64,000 bases of DNA from Tubiluchus corallicola (lineage: Eukaryota > Animalia > Priapulida): positions 310,001-374,000 of the forward strand of contig JAQGDQ010000045.1 of the NCBI GenBank assembly GCA_030141605.1, written 5' to 3'. Below, in pieces: positions 1 through 13,800 of the stretch. A model generated the notes under the pieces. That model did no database searches. It was given only the letters and a program-made list of their open reading frames with translations, and was not told where the DNA came from. The number at the start of each line of letters is the position of its first letter. Position 1 is the stretch's first letter. The position numbers and the translations under genes are program-made.

Positions 1-1859
1 TTGGTCACTTGGCTAAAATAAGCACTAAAATGCCGAGAAATATTAATTTCGCATAGCCGTGCGTTTTCAGTTTTCTGTGTTTGTCATTAAATTCCAGTTT
101 TTCTTGCTGACAACTGACATTCAGTAATTTTTAAGAAGTGTGCCTGTTTATATGATATATTATTTAGGATATATGATTAAATTTTGTGTAATACGTTCTT
201 AATTTTTATCCTGTTATCGGACTGCTCCGACGTATTAATCAATTTCTTTTACTGACTTAACAGATTAAGATTAATTTTTGAATTGCTTAATTAAACCTAA
301 ACCCCATCATTATAGGACACACCATGCTGACATATTATAGGTGCCACGATATTATAATTATGGTTTTGCTATTAAAAATGCTACGAAGACAATGCATTTA
401 ACACCGTTTGATCACACATCCTGGCTTGCTGTACATTGGTCGACTTTTCTCACACATAGATGGCACCTCAGTGTTACAGGAAAGCGTAAGCAGAGAAGAA
501 ACTTACATAGCCAACGGTGGTTAAATGTGATGAGGTGCAACTACAGAAAGCTATTGATTGTTAATCTTTTGATGCCTCACAATGCGAAAACGATTACCGC
601 TAGGCCTGACACTCACTTGACGTGTTTCATGTGTATGTTTATGATAGGTATTGACAACAGTAATGTTAATGTTGAAGCACCACGTTGCTAAATTATTGAA
701 ACAAAGCGTACTTGCAAAGTTGGCGTAGACTGATCACTCAAATTTTTTCGAACATCTTATTGTAACATGTCTACATCCACATGCGAGGGAATCTTGGCCT
801 CTAATTTCTTGATCTGAAGGATGTGTCAGTTCCACATGCAAGGTGACCTTGATCTCTGATTTCTTCACCTTGGCAGTGTACCAGTTCTGAGCTTCAAGAG
901 AATACCTCCCTTAAATTTGCGTTTATTTTTCAAACTTGTGTTTGGCGATGCGCCTGCTACCTAAATGCCACGTGACCTTGACTGGTGTATATGAAAGCAG
1001 TCTGCATGCCAAATTTGGTTTTATGTCTGTCAATTGCTACAAGATACACAAAATTCATATTATTTTGCAGCATTTTGCTAATTTTAGATCTGAAACACAG
1101 ATGACAGTGTTGTAGCATATGATACCGCAACCATAATTATTCTTACGGCTTACTTGTTTGTTTGCCTACGAGTATGAAGTGCTTTTGTCACTTTTCATTT
1201 CATAACCTCACTATAATGCTGCATCAGCAGTGAATTAATTAATCACATAGTGATACAGCTAGTCACCTTGAAAATATGATGAAATTTAATTAGTTGCTAA
1301 AATTTATTGCTTATTAACTAGTAGTCGTGTGAATGTCTCTACGCGACAAGAGAGGCAGAGAGAGATTGCTGATAACGGCATTAATTAATTCATTTGGAAA
1401 ATTCAAATAGATGTTAGGAATATTTAGTTGAGGCAGTGACAGGCAGATTCGCTAAACAGTGAAACACTACCTGTAATTAGAATAATAAGGTGTGTCGATA
1501 CGATTATAACTTGTGTTATATGGGGCCAGTGGCGGACAAGCCGAGATGTGCACTAGCAATTGCTCACATTTATTCCACGTGGTTTCTTGTTTTCTACATC
1601 TGCGCATGTGTAGAAGCCTTGTTTCCGGTATATTTATACATAGACATTACAAGTGATACTAACTATGCACCTTACTGGAGATGTGTTGAGGCATTTCGTC
1701 ATAATTGCAAAATCAGACGAAACGGTAATTGGTTTCCAGGCTTATTGTTCCTGCGTTTTATTTGATGAAAAAATGGTGGTGGATGTTTGGATTTTCCTGG
1801 ATATTCTAGATATATGTGCCCTGATCGTGTACGTCATTTTCCCAGAGTATAAACTAACA

Positions 1860-2125
1860 ATTACACACTTTGCCAGTAACTGTTATACATTTTGCCAATC
1901 CACGGTTAATTTGTACATCTCATCGGTGCACACTTTGTAAAATTGCAAATTTCTCTAGTACACCAAACACACGTCAAGAGCGCACTTGACCGCTACACAT
2001 TGCGTCAGTGCACAATTCCGTCAGTTGTACATTTTCTTCAGTTGCACATTTGCCTGTGACAAATATGCCATTGCAGTAGTGCATTAAACCAATGCACATT
2101 ATACGAGTGCACACTTCATCGGTAT
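1860..2125 (+). repeat. Highly degenerate ~17-bp tandem repeat (gtgcacatttcgtcagt-like)
   Basis: Recurrent gtgcaca/gtacatt..cagt units. Confidence 0.5.
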
Positions 2126-5116
2126 AATAATATTTTTGCTTTTATACCTACCCATCATTAATTAATGTCGACCTTGTGTGAATAAGTTTTTGCAAGAGTT
2201 GTATTGCGTACATGCCTCAACAAACAAATGTAGACGCCATCTGTCGGGCGAACAAACGTACAAATAAACAACAATTAACCAAATAACTAAACAGCAAATA
2301 CAGTTTTTAGAACTCGATCACCAGAGCTTTATTTCCCATCTTTTAAGTATCAGCCTATTGCACGCGAGCAGTCTGCACTTTCTGGGAGAATTTGCTTTCA
2401 TTAGCTTACACAGTCAATGCCAACCTGGTGAAGGTTCGAGAAAATTAATATCTATAGACTGGTCGGTGATTCCTTATCTATCAATCATTTCAATTGCACC
2501 TTGGGTGTTATTGCGGTACGAAACCAGAGACGTTCCAAGGACAAAATCAAACTGATTGCACTGCACACTGGCTTAGACACCTCCTGCAGAACAGGGAATC
2601 ATATCACAAGTAAATTCGAATTACTATAGGAATGATTTAATGATACGCAAAAAAGGACAAAACTGCGTAGAGCACGAGATGTTACTTTTACACGCATTTT
2701 TACTCTGACAAATTGGAAGTTTTCTTTTTCATTTCCTATTTCAGCTTTAAAGGAAAGCAAAAATTGAACCAGTGAGAATAGACTGTCAAGTGTGAACTGT
2801 GGAACTAATAGGCTTATCTAAGTAGGTGTTTAAAGTGTTGTTTGTTTAAAGTAAGTGTTATGTTGTTTTAGTTCACTTAGCACCATTGTGGCTGATAAGT
2901 GAACTAACATTGTTGGTCGCAGTGGTGCTTGGTATTACATTTGTCAAATCTATTATTACAAGTTTAAAAATTATAATATTGGATTTTGTACAAATAACGA
3001 AAAATTGCGCTGAAATAAAACAAATTTCACTAAAGTGAATTTTGAAGGTGCCAAATAAAAGTAAAGCTTGAGTAATCGATTGAAACTTTGCTTTTTGTTG
3101 CCTAGCTCATACTTGACAGCGTTGTGAAGCGGAAACCCTATTTCTGCGTGATGTACTCGAATAAAAGTCTTTCAAGCTTAATGTGTTTTGCACTGCGGCT
3201 GAGTCTCTTGGGAGAAGGCCCCTATAAAATGTTTTTGAACGGGAAAATGAGATTCCGAAATGTGTTTTGGCTGCTTAGCTTAAGACTGTACTTGTCAATT
3301 TTGTAGATGTCGATGTCGATATTCTTTTGGTTTTCTTGCCCAAAACGAGATGGCCGAAAGAATAGGAAAATATTTTTTTAAAGTTACGTTTTTAATAGAA
3401 TGTATAGACTAAGATGTTTTTGGCAAACTTCTGGGATAACTTAAAAATTCTTGAAAACTCATTGTCTTTATGAATAACTAGTTGCAATAAAACAGTAATT
3501 GCTGTCAACGAGATTCCACGGTGTGCAGAGTTTGTAATTGCCACCTGATATGAAACTCATTTAAGTAGTGCAGCGTAACTGAAAAATAACAGTGTATTTT
3601 TGCAACTATTAGCAACTCTAATAGAAGTTATAAAACAACCTTCTTTTTAGCGCTATTGACGTGTGCCACCTTGTAATTAAGGCCTTTTATTCATATTAAA
3701 TACGATTGCTAGAACCCTCACCTGATTTTCCGGATATCTGCTATTACAATTCGATTAGATCCAGTTTGAAATTGTTACTACATAGAAGCATAAAATTGAA
3801 TAAGGAATATTATGCTGATCAGACCAAATCAGAGGTGTTATAAATTGACCCTTGCACGCAATAAATATGGACCCTCGTTACTTGATAACGCCAGAATTTT
3901 TCTCTGCGTGTTATATTTGCGCGTCTACTCATTATTATTTTGTCTATCAGCAGATCAAAGCAAGCATCGCTTTTGCATCAGTTTTATCTTAAATGAAAAC
4001 GGCTTCTCCCGAGTGTTTTAATGGAATTATGAGATCTCGCGCTTTCGACATTTTGTGCTCGGGAAGAAATATTACAACTCGAATAAAATCATACGAGTTG
4101 ATGATTCGAGCGAGGGGCGAACGAATTTCTTAAAGGAATATATCAATTTCGTTTTGATGTATTTCTTGCTTTGTTTATGATGGGTATACCCTGGGCGTGA
4201 TTTGCCATTAAGATATAAATGTTTACTTTAAAAAAACATTGCACAGAAAGGCCAAAGGATTATTTTTGGTAAGAGATTGTAAGAAGAGACAATTTTCTGT
4301 AACTGGTCTACTGTTGAAGCACTAATACTAATGCGACGCCTATCCGATATAAAATGTAAAAACATCTACCATTGAAGCCTTAATGCCTGCCTGGAACAGC
4401 ACCGTGAATATATGCAATTTTGTGGCAAATTAGGTGGCGAAGTGAAATATTCACAGATTAACTTAATCTTAATGTGTACACGTTCTGCTGATGAAGCTAA
4501 TAACTGCATTGTGTAAAGGTGGAAATACTGACATCCAATTTTGTTCACTGGCATGAGAATTTTCTTTTGCTCTGGAACATATTGAGCAATTAACTTTCAT
4601 TGGTTTTCGGTAAATTGAGGCACGAGCATAAAACACAAGAAAACACTCTTCATAAATTAAGATTAAATTGGTTTTGAAATTTTGCACACAGAGCTCCTAT
4701 CAGCAGTAATGCTGTATGAAACTTGAAAATTTAAACTCCCGCGATAACCGTTAGTCGCTGCCATATTGACGGCAGGTTATATGAAACCAGTGTAGATAAC
4801 ATTGCGTAACTTTGAAAAAATAATCAGAGCATTTGTAGCGTACTCTTCACTAACTAAGCAAAGGTATAATTACTTTATTTTGTGGTTAAGATTAAAAATA
4901 CATGTTTTGATCGGCCAGTGTATGTGTGAAGTCAGTGACATTTTACCAGTTGATGCGCACGGTGCCAGCTGATTTAAATTATTAAGAATTTTTTTTTAGT
5001 TACATGAGTCTCAGTCAGGTGCGTGATGCTAAGTAATATAACTTTGTGTGGAAAATTTTTGGAGATACTTTAAAGTAGCCCTTTCTTCCCCTTTAAGCCA
5101 CGTTCGTTGAGAAGCT

Positions 5117-5528
5117 TGTGGGCGTCAAAGGACCATTGGGTAATGGATCACCAGTCAAAGGATATCCACGGACAAAGGGCCACCGTCAATATTTTAAAAG
5201 TGATCAAAGGACCACCGGTCAGGAGGATTGACTGAGGACCAGTGGTCGAAGGACTACCAGCATAATTTGCTGACAGCAGCTTGGACAAAATTGCAGCTTT
5301 TACTTACCGTTAATACTGTACATTATTTTATTATTTAATTAAGTGTTTGGCAGTAATATTGATGATTGATAAATGGTCTTTCGATTGACGTTTGTGTGGT
5401 CCAGTAATTTGTATTTTGTGGCCCTTTGACTAGTGGTTCTTGTCTATTCAGGTGAATCTTTGACCAGTGGCATTTGTCTGGTGGCTTACTGGTGGTCTCC
5501 TTTGTCCCTGGTGGTCCTTTGGCCCACA
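5117..5528. mobile_element. Degenerate foldback/MITE with CAAAGGACCAC subrepeats
   Basis: Left end tgtgggcgtcaaaggacca; right end tggtcctttggcccaca; multiple aaggacca units on the left and tggtcctt units on the right. Confidence 0.65.
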
Positions 5529-8500
5529 GGGAAAGCTTCCATTCGACAAAAACTTTCACTTTAGCAAACGGGTAGCAAGCCTGGTGGCGAAAGTTCACAC
5601 CGAAGTGTTTTGCCCAAGTGAACTACATAAAGTGCCACTTTGGATTGTATCCGTTGTTTCTGTTGTCGGAGTAAAGAGACATTTTTAACGGAGTTGCTGT
5701 AGGTTACGAATAGTCGGTTTAACGGCGATTGTCATGAGCAGTGAAAAATGTGATGTACTAGTTAACATCTAACGACTAAGAATTATGCAATACAGACGAC
5801 AAGAGGGGGTTGATACCAACTACAAAGGCAGTTCGTCTTCTATTTTCGTCTTAAATCTCGTCGTTCATACTGACGTTGATGAAGTATATAATACTTCACT
5901 TAGCATTAAAGTTTTGCTACTTTCTACACTAAAGTGTGCTATTAGACTGTCGCCGTTTTCCTGTTATTAACCTCCCATTATATATCTGTCATCGCGGCCT
6001 TTGTCAGGCCAGCTGCAAATATTGACATTTTTGTCCAATCAGAGGGCAGATCAATAGTTGGTGCAGCGAAGCCCACAATACTTGTATCGGTGCGAGATTA
6101 GGCCGCCGAGTTAATAATACTTGGCTTCGTTGCTCAGACGCAGCTCGTGTGCCCTTCTTTGATATCGCCCGCTTATTTGTTCTCTGTTGTGGTTCTTTAA
6201 GTGAAATGTGGTGATCGTGGATAGATCTGCTAAGCAAACTTGGTTATGTTATGGAGTGCTCGCAAGTGTAATTAAAAGCCGCTGTGTTATGTGCTGTTAT
6301 GTGTTATGTGATAAAATAGAAAGGCAAAACCTCCTGATTTCACGCTTTAGCTTGAATAGTCACAAAGAAACATCAGTTTTATCAATATTCGCACCCTTGA
6401 TGGATAATACATCTTTTCCTATACGTGTATTATTTTATGCCAAATTTTGTCTCCAATAAATTGCATTTGTGATTATGTACGACGCGGATATAATTTGGTA
6501 TCCTCCTAAACAATCTTGTGTTTTGGTGAAACGTTGATGAATTTGCAGTATTTCTGATCTAGGTGTCCCGTACAAAAAATACACAGTAAACCAGTTCTGG
6601 CAGTAGTGTGTAAGAAATAACTTGCTTAGTGATTCGAGTAGCAGAGTAGCAGCTACATACGTAAATTTTATTCTTCAGCTTTTTGTAAATCCGGGTATTG
6701 ATACCTCACATGCTAGAATCCGTCAATCCATCAGTCATTCTTTAGAGTTAAAATTAGTTTTGGAAAACACTTCCTGGTTCTCCAAAATTTTGATGCTTTT
6801 CACAGCTGAATAAATACCCAGTTGGTGAAAACTGATAGCTGAACTTGTTGCACTGAGCTGTTCAATTAAGTTTCTTCAACTCATTGCGATGTCGTGAATC
6901 GTATAAAATTGTTTGGTTTCTGTTGGTTTCGGTTTGTAAGCTTCCGTTTGTAGGTTCTGTTCTCTGTTCCTGTTTCCATAGATGTAAAAAATTCTTTTGC
7001 TCTGTGACTAGTAGGCATTAACTTTGTGGGAAGTTTTGTCTGAATAAATTATTTTTAACTGCCCAACTGTTCTGTGTATGCATAAAAACAATGAACATTG
7101 AATTGGCTACACTTTTTGCTGGTAGTGTAAGCTGCTTAGTGCTCTGTTAGCTATTATGTCAGCACTGAAAAGGCTATGGTACTCCCATATATGTGTAATT
7201 TAGAATAAAAGCAATACTAAACTGTAAAATGAAATTTTATCTTTTGAATTAAAAAAACATACAGCAAGATTTATTTACAGTAAATATAGGACATCAACCT
7301 TACTGTGCATAAAAAGTGATATTATATTAAAAATACAGAGACGACTCTATACTGTTTTCCTTATCACCACATTTTTGTAAGCATTACCACACTTGAAATA
7401 TATTTTGACACATTACATAATCAGTTAACGTCATGATATGGGCTAATCAGTAACGTCATCATATAGGCAGTGAACAGTTCAGGCTTCTTAATAGTCAGAA
7501 TTTCGATGCCCATCCGTACTGTCAAGATTGCAAACAAACACAGAAGCTGCCACACTTATTCTGGTAACAATTACTTTTGGATTATAATTATTCGATTTGA
7601 GAAAAGTTGTGTGGTGCCCTCTTCCGCTGAGGGCCTAAGCACGTGCTTATTTTGCTTAATGGTTAATCCAGGACTGGTTCTTGTGCCTTATTTCCAGGAG
7701 ATTTAAAAGGCAATAGTTCCAGAAGGGCTAAAATTTGAAAATTCTACTACTATATTCTGATTAGTAACTGTGGCGATCATCAGGAGGTATAGATAACACA
7801 ATTTATGTTTTTATGAAGATACATCAAAGACGCTTGTGGACGAGCTTGTGTATTGTGCGCAGAAGGTCACCTCTTATCTCCCTGGGAACTGCAGATGCAG
7901 TTTTCTGCTGACTGCATTAGCTGATGGTGAATGCCCTTGAAAATTTTATAATGGACTGCAGTTCTTTGACTGTAACAACAATTACATGACAGGAACCATG
8001 GTATAAGTGAATGCCAGCGCTTAGCGCCACATCTACATGACCATTGACAAATTTTAAAATTGTAGCTTGCACATTCTGTATTCTCTTCTAACGAGTATAA
8101 TTTTTTCCATTTTGGTTTATGTAATAACTTATATTTGAGCTAATTTTCAATTGTCTCAAATATAGAAGTTTCAAAATAACTGAAGAGTTTGGCTAAGCGT
8201 AGGCAACACTTCTTTTGGCCAAATTATGCAAAAAGTAAAGTTACAAAAGCAAATTTTGACAAGATTGCTCATTTGATTCTAAACCATACAATCATTATCA
8301 TCTCGACTTTGTAGGTGCTTCTTTTCTCCAACATATCCTAATTTAATGCTCCCGGATCTGCTGCCACCTGCCCCGTAACTACGTTGTTTAAGTCAATTAG
8401 AGTATTTAATAAGTCTTTCAGAACATCCAAATATGTGATAAACTCTCTTCCTCTTTCCTTATGGAGCATGGAACCATAATAAAGAACCGCAGAAACTTTC

Positions 8501-10485
8501 AGAAAATATGGGCAACGTGGAAAGTCATTTTGCGTTTTATGTAAAGCTTGCTTGAAAAAGCTATCATTTTAGAAAATTTTCTATAATAAAATCAGAATTT
8601 ATTAGTTCATTAAGATTTCTTACTCACTGTGGCCCTGTCAGACAGAATTCATTTCACTTTCTGATGTCATAGGACATATTTATTAGTCCAAATGTGAGAC
8701 CTAATATGACCGACCCATAGCCCTTCATCATGATAGAGACGTTTGTAAGTGACACATCATCGTGCATCCCAGTTTTTCCATTTCCAAAGCTCTAGAAATT
8801 TCTCTCGAAGATTCCCACTAAGCGCTAGGACGGTTTTTGTACACGGTGTTCCAGCATTGAGCAAAAAACAGGTTATTTTGAGATTTTCCTTGAGGAACAC
8901 TGTGTAGAAAAACTATCCGCTCCTGTATTTTCAATCGAATTAGGTCCGTATATTATCTTCTAGTCAAGTATCCGGAATTAGAACTGTCTTCTTAATTTCA
9001 CGGGTGTTATTTGAGCGCCTCACTTGTCTAGCTCTATAATCAGATACTATACCTGCCACTTAGTGTCAGTAATTTTTCCTGTAATTTGCGAAGCCAACAT
9101 TTTGGGAATTTGATATAGTTATTGTATATCCCATGTGCAGGATTTAATATGCATGTCTTTTTATCTCAAAATAGATGAAATGACTAAAAAGATATAAATA
9201 TTATAACTAAAAAAAAACAGGTATTTTGGCAGGCCCAAAAACAGTGATAAACAGTTACAGAATCAAATTCAAAAGATTTTGTTACTCATCGGAATACATG
9301 TGTGGGACAAATATTGATGACTGGACAATATTCAAAGTTGTGTTGTGCTTACGAATTTTAAACGACTGTCTAACTAGCAACTCCTATGTACAGTGGAAGC
9401 CCCAGTCTTGATAATAAAGTATGATGAGCAACCATGACTTCTGTTTAGGAATGAACACTGATGGCAGAGTGAAGATAGTTTTCTTTTTTTTAGCACATCA
9501 TGTTATTAATACCGTCATGTCCTCCTCAGTAGTACAGGTTTAGTAGCTGCAGTGCTATTTGTATTGGGCAAACGAAGATTATAAGAATCCGAGATTATAA
9601 GAATCTCTATAAGCGAGTCCAGTAGGGCTGGCAGAAAATTGTCATCACCACATCATGCTGCCATCTTTGATCATTGCTCTTTAAAGAGTTGTTATTAATT
9701 TCGAAAGCACAGTCCTACTTTTAATACTACCTAGTTATTAGTGGTCTGCAAGTTTCTGCCGAAGGTTTGTCACCCTGCACATTGAAAATAGGAATACGGA
9801 CAGATGAAATGTTTTCTTTTTTGTCTTAAGTTCAATAGATTTTGCTAAAATACATTCGTCTAGTCGTTTTATTTATGCGCGGTTTTGTTCTGAGAGAATT
9901 CGCACTCTTTAGGTAATCTAGTTTCGTCAATTTTAACCTGAGGAAATTAAATCGCTGCTGATTCAACAACTGGGCAGTAGGAAATTCACCGGTCATATTG
10001 TTGCCAAATGCAGTCATTGACAGTAATTGCTTCATTCGGCTTCCGATGTAGATTACAGCTGATCGTGAAAGATCGGAGAAGTTCGTCTTCCGACGATTAA
10101 AGGTAATGACAACAATTACTCCCAGATCAATTCGTAGTGTAATATACTGTAATGTGCTGTTCTATAGAGTTAATTCAAGACCCAATGTCATTGACACTGG
10201 CTTCTGAACTACAAATAGACAGCATGGAAACAATTAAATTATGATAATATTCGACCCATTCATTTTATGAAATTAATGTCTTTTCCGTGCTGTGTAACAT
10301 ATCTAATCTAATTATTCGGTAATTTCGAGCGTGGACATTGAATTTGGAGTGAGTAAATTTTTCAGTAATAAGTAACGTTTTATTATTTTTGATATAATGT
10401 AGTGTTTTATAATTTTATTTTATAAGCGTAGTTAATAGAACAACTGCGGCCTGAAACTTGCATTATAGAAAATTCTGCTGGAAGA

Positions 10486-10804
10486 GATTTTTACTGCTGG
10501 AAACCACGGACTTTGGATTTTTTACTGCTTCGATCAAACAATGGACATGGATTTTTTTTTACTACTTGGAAGCCATAGACATTGCGTTTCTATTGCTCTG
10601 AAGCCATGGACATCGGACTTTTTTACCGCTTGGAAACCATGGACGTTGGGATTTTCTACTGCTTGGAAGAAATTGACATTGTGTTTTTTACTGCTTATAC
10701 CTCATGGACTTTGCTTTTACTGCTTGGAAGCAATAGACTGGATTTTTTACTGTTTGGAAATCATGGACATTGGATTTTTTACTGCTTGGAAGTCACGGAC
10801 ATTG
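10486..10804 (+). repeat. Minisatellite, ~10 copies of ~32 bp (gattttttactgcttggaagccatggacattg)
   Basis: Head-to-tail diverged units with no unique spacers. Confidence 0.9.
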
Positions 10805-13800
10805 TGAAAAGTGCCAATAATGCATTTTGCCGACAGCTATGGAGCGAAATCGGTTTTGCTTCATGCTTCACTGCACAATTTGAGAAAGTAAAGAAGCGAA
10901 GGAAGCCCTCCATTAACTGGATAATCATTCGTTAGTCGATAATTGAACTTTTTGTAACTGTCAGCGCCTGGATTAAGGATAATTTTAATTTGCAGGGCAT
11001 TGAAAATCTCGAAAATGCCCCGTTGATATGTGTGCTACAACTAGTCCTCAACTATAGTACCACTTTATACTGAATACTGGTCTAATCAAGATTTCTCCAT
11101 TAGCTGTAAGTTTTGAATGTTACACCTTAACTTAACGTTGCCTACACTTAGCTCAGCACCCTAAAAAAATCTAGAAGTATTTAATTCATGGTGTCTTTGA
11201 GGAAACTGTGTACACACCTATAACGCAAAGATGACATTTAACAATGTTTTTGCTGATGCTGGTCCCTTGTGAAGTTTAACAAAAATCATCAGTCATTTAT
11301 TGCTGAATTAAATTCAGTCATAATGGAACTTGAATTGCGAATCCGTTATATATAGGTCCCTTGATGACACTGTTTGTGCAGATATTAAACATTGATACAG
11401 TATTTTGCAAAGTTGCTGCAGCAGTTTTATCACGCGTAATTTTTGCACTTTTAAAAGCTGTTTCTCAGCCATTAAGCAAATTAAGAAGCCTTGGAAGAAC
11501 TTCCGCGTCTGGCACTATGTATTCGCGTTCCTGAAAAACTGAATATTTTAGTGATGAAAAATCATGAATGTCATCTCAGAATAAAAGGAAACGCACAAAA
11601 GTAAAAATCAATTTAAATTTGAAAAACACGAGAATATTTCAAATACTCGTCCTTACTAGTTCCAGAGCGTTCAGTTCCATACAAGCACATACAATGCGTT
11701 ACAATATATTTAAGCTTATATACATGTAATAGATACGGTCATGTTTAATAAGAAGTGAATCACTAAACTGCTACTATTAACTGTTTGTTGCACTGGGAGT
11801 GGCCCGTCTTTCTATTAAAGGTAAATGTCTTTTCAGTAGTTTGAATGTTAAACCAATTTCATTTCATTATCTATGAAGTGACGTGCTAATCAGATTATAT
11901 GATCTGTTATCTTAAAATGTTTGCAACTTTTTTTAAAAAAGCCAAACTAAATATTTGTGAATGAAAGCTATTAAAAAGTAAAAACCAGCAACAGGCAAAA
12001 TATGATTACCAGGGTAAAATTCATTTGGTAAATCTACTATCTCCACGTACACATGTTCAATTCCTAACATAATTACGTCATCATGTTTGTGTGTTAAATC
12101 ATTCTCAAGCTGTAAATTAGATTTCTAATTATAATTTCTCAAATGTCGTGATTGGGCGCTACATTATGGCCCAATAAAGTGTTTTATGAACTTCATAACG
12201 CTACCTGAATTGAATTAGTTTGTGTAATGTGTATTAATGCATTTCCATTTACGACAGCATTACGTTTTTAAGCGCTCGAACGTGAACACGCAATATTGAT
12301 TTCATCTTCTATGATATCCAAGTTAACAGAAGGTGAAAGTGAAGCTACAAAGCCGTGGAAAACGTGGGTGTTTTGTGTGGTGACTTTGTCGGTTGTAATT
12401 AATTGGCTAGTTATAAATTATGATCCACCAATACACGTGTGACATTCATGCTTTATTTCATGACTCACGTGTAAAACCCAAGAAATGATGTACTTGTGTT
12501 TCTAATTTGCAAGCCAGCAAAATCCTTCAGGTCATTAAATGGTAATACAGATTGTGAATCTTTACAGTACAAGCTAAGGGTTGTATCAGCCTGTATGGCC
12601 TTTTTTACACATATATTGTTTTTATTCAAAATCTAACGTGTCTGCTTGGACAAGTCGGCCTTCTAGGTATTTTTCATCCAGATGGAACCACAAAAATATG
12701 CGTACACTATTAACATCCTATCTTGCAAAAAACAGGTTTAATTTTTTAACAGCAAATGAAAACCCCAAAGTAGTAATTTAATTTTTTTATAGCGAACTTG
12801 CTTCTTTCAATTAAAAAAACCCTTAACTTTTCCAAGTTGGCACTTGTTAGCATCCGAGTCATCAGGTCACAATTTAACGTAAACTGCAAAAAAGCATGGT
12901 AATTTCAAAAAAGAAGGTGATATCTCGCTTATCATTGGCTCTTGTACGGCCAAATGTGTGTTCAGCTAAGTGGTGAAAATCTGGTTATTGCATTCCGTTT
13001 GCGGTGAGCTTTTTGAGGGTTTCTTTCTGGTATTTGCTGATGGTACCAATTTATGCATTTATATCTACAAAATTTTAAGCTGTCTATACCTCTGTAATGT
13101 ATTAGTATACTCTTAGCGGTTTTTGTGTCTATTTTTCTCTGTTTCTTGGTCCCTACATCCCTGCCATTAAAACATTTTGAACTGGTCTTCTGATTTATAT
13201 ATACGTAGTATATAATTCTATAGCCGTTATCAATTAAACTACCTGCAGCTATTATGCAGAATTTTTTCGTCTTCATAAATGCTGGTTATATATGTCGGAC
13301 ATACCAACAGTAAGTTTTACCACTTAAGTGCTGACTGCAATAAACTTTTTACACTGCTTTACGTCTGCTTTGTTAGATCTTCAATTTGGCACTTGGCGTT
13401 GCCTACTGTTGAGTTTCAGTTTAATGTCGCAGAGAATGAAACGTTAATTAAAGTTCGCCATTCTAGTAGAGTAAGTAGACTTCCTTTAAGCTTCATAGAA
13501 TGAACTTTTCGTCTTTAACGTCGTCAGATGTTATTTCCATTTTATTCTGCCTGCATTGTATAAAAATAAGTAACGTTATACTGTTCATTCAGTTTTTGGG
13601 GATGTCATTTCCAATATCGCCGCTACATGACTTCCACACCTGACTCATAATTGTTGGCTTCAGCACCTAAATAGCGACAGGTTGAATTTGTAATGTAAAC
13701 CAGCGTTGTTTATTCTATGCTTGGACAAGTGTTCCTATCCACTTCTAACTGTTTACATTGCTTTAACGTTCTTGCGAGCGCGTCTGTCATTTCACCTCAC

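Noticed and set aside
341-691. 116-aa ORF as an upstream Trio exon
   Set aside because: No resemblance to the expected SH3-1/GEF1 sequence, GTG start, and only a weak internal donor.
10052-10102. 51-nt AG...GT-bounded open segment (ITADRERSEKFVFRRLK)
   Set aside because: Phase 0-0 is incompatible with the phase-1 acceptor at 25035; weak pyrimidine tract; no homology.
10486-10935. Possible CRISPR array or repeat-protein ORFs (10541..10807, 10582..10935)
   Set aside because: Units are contiguous diverged copies without unique spacers, there are no cas genes and the context is eukaryotic. The ORFs are by-products of the minisatellite.
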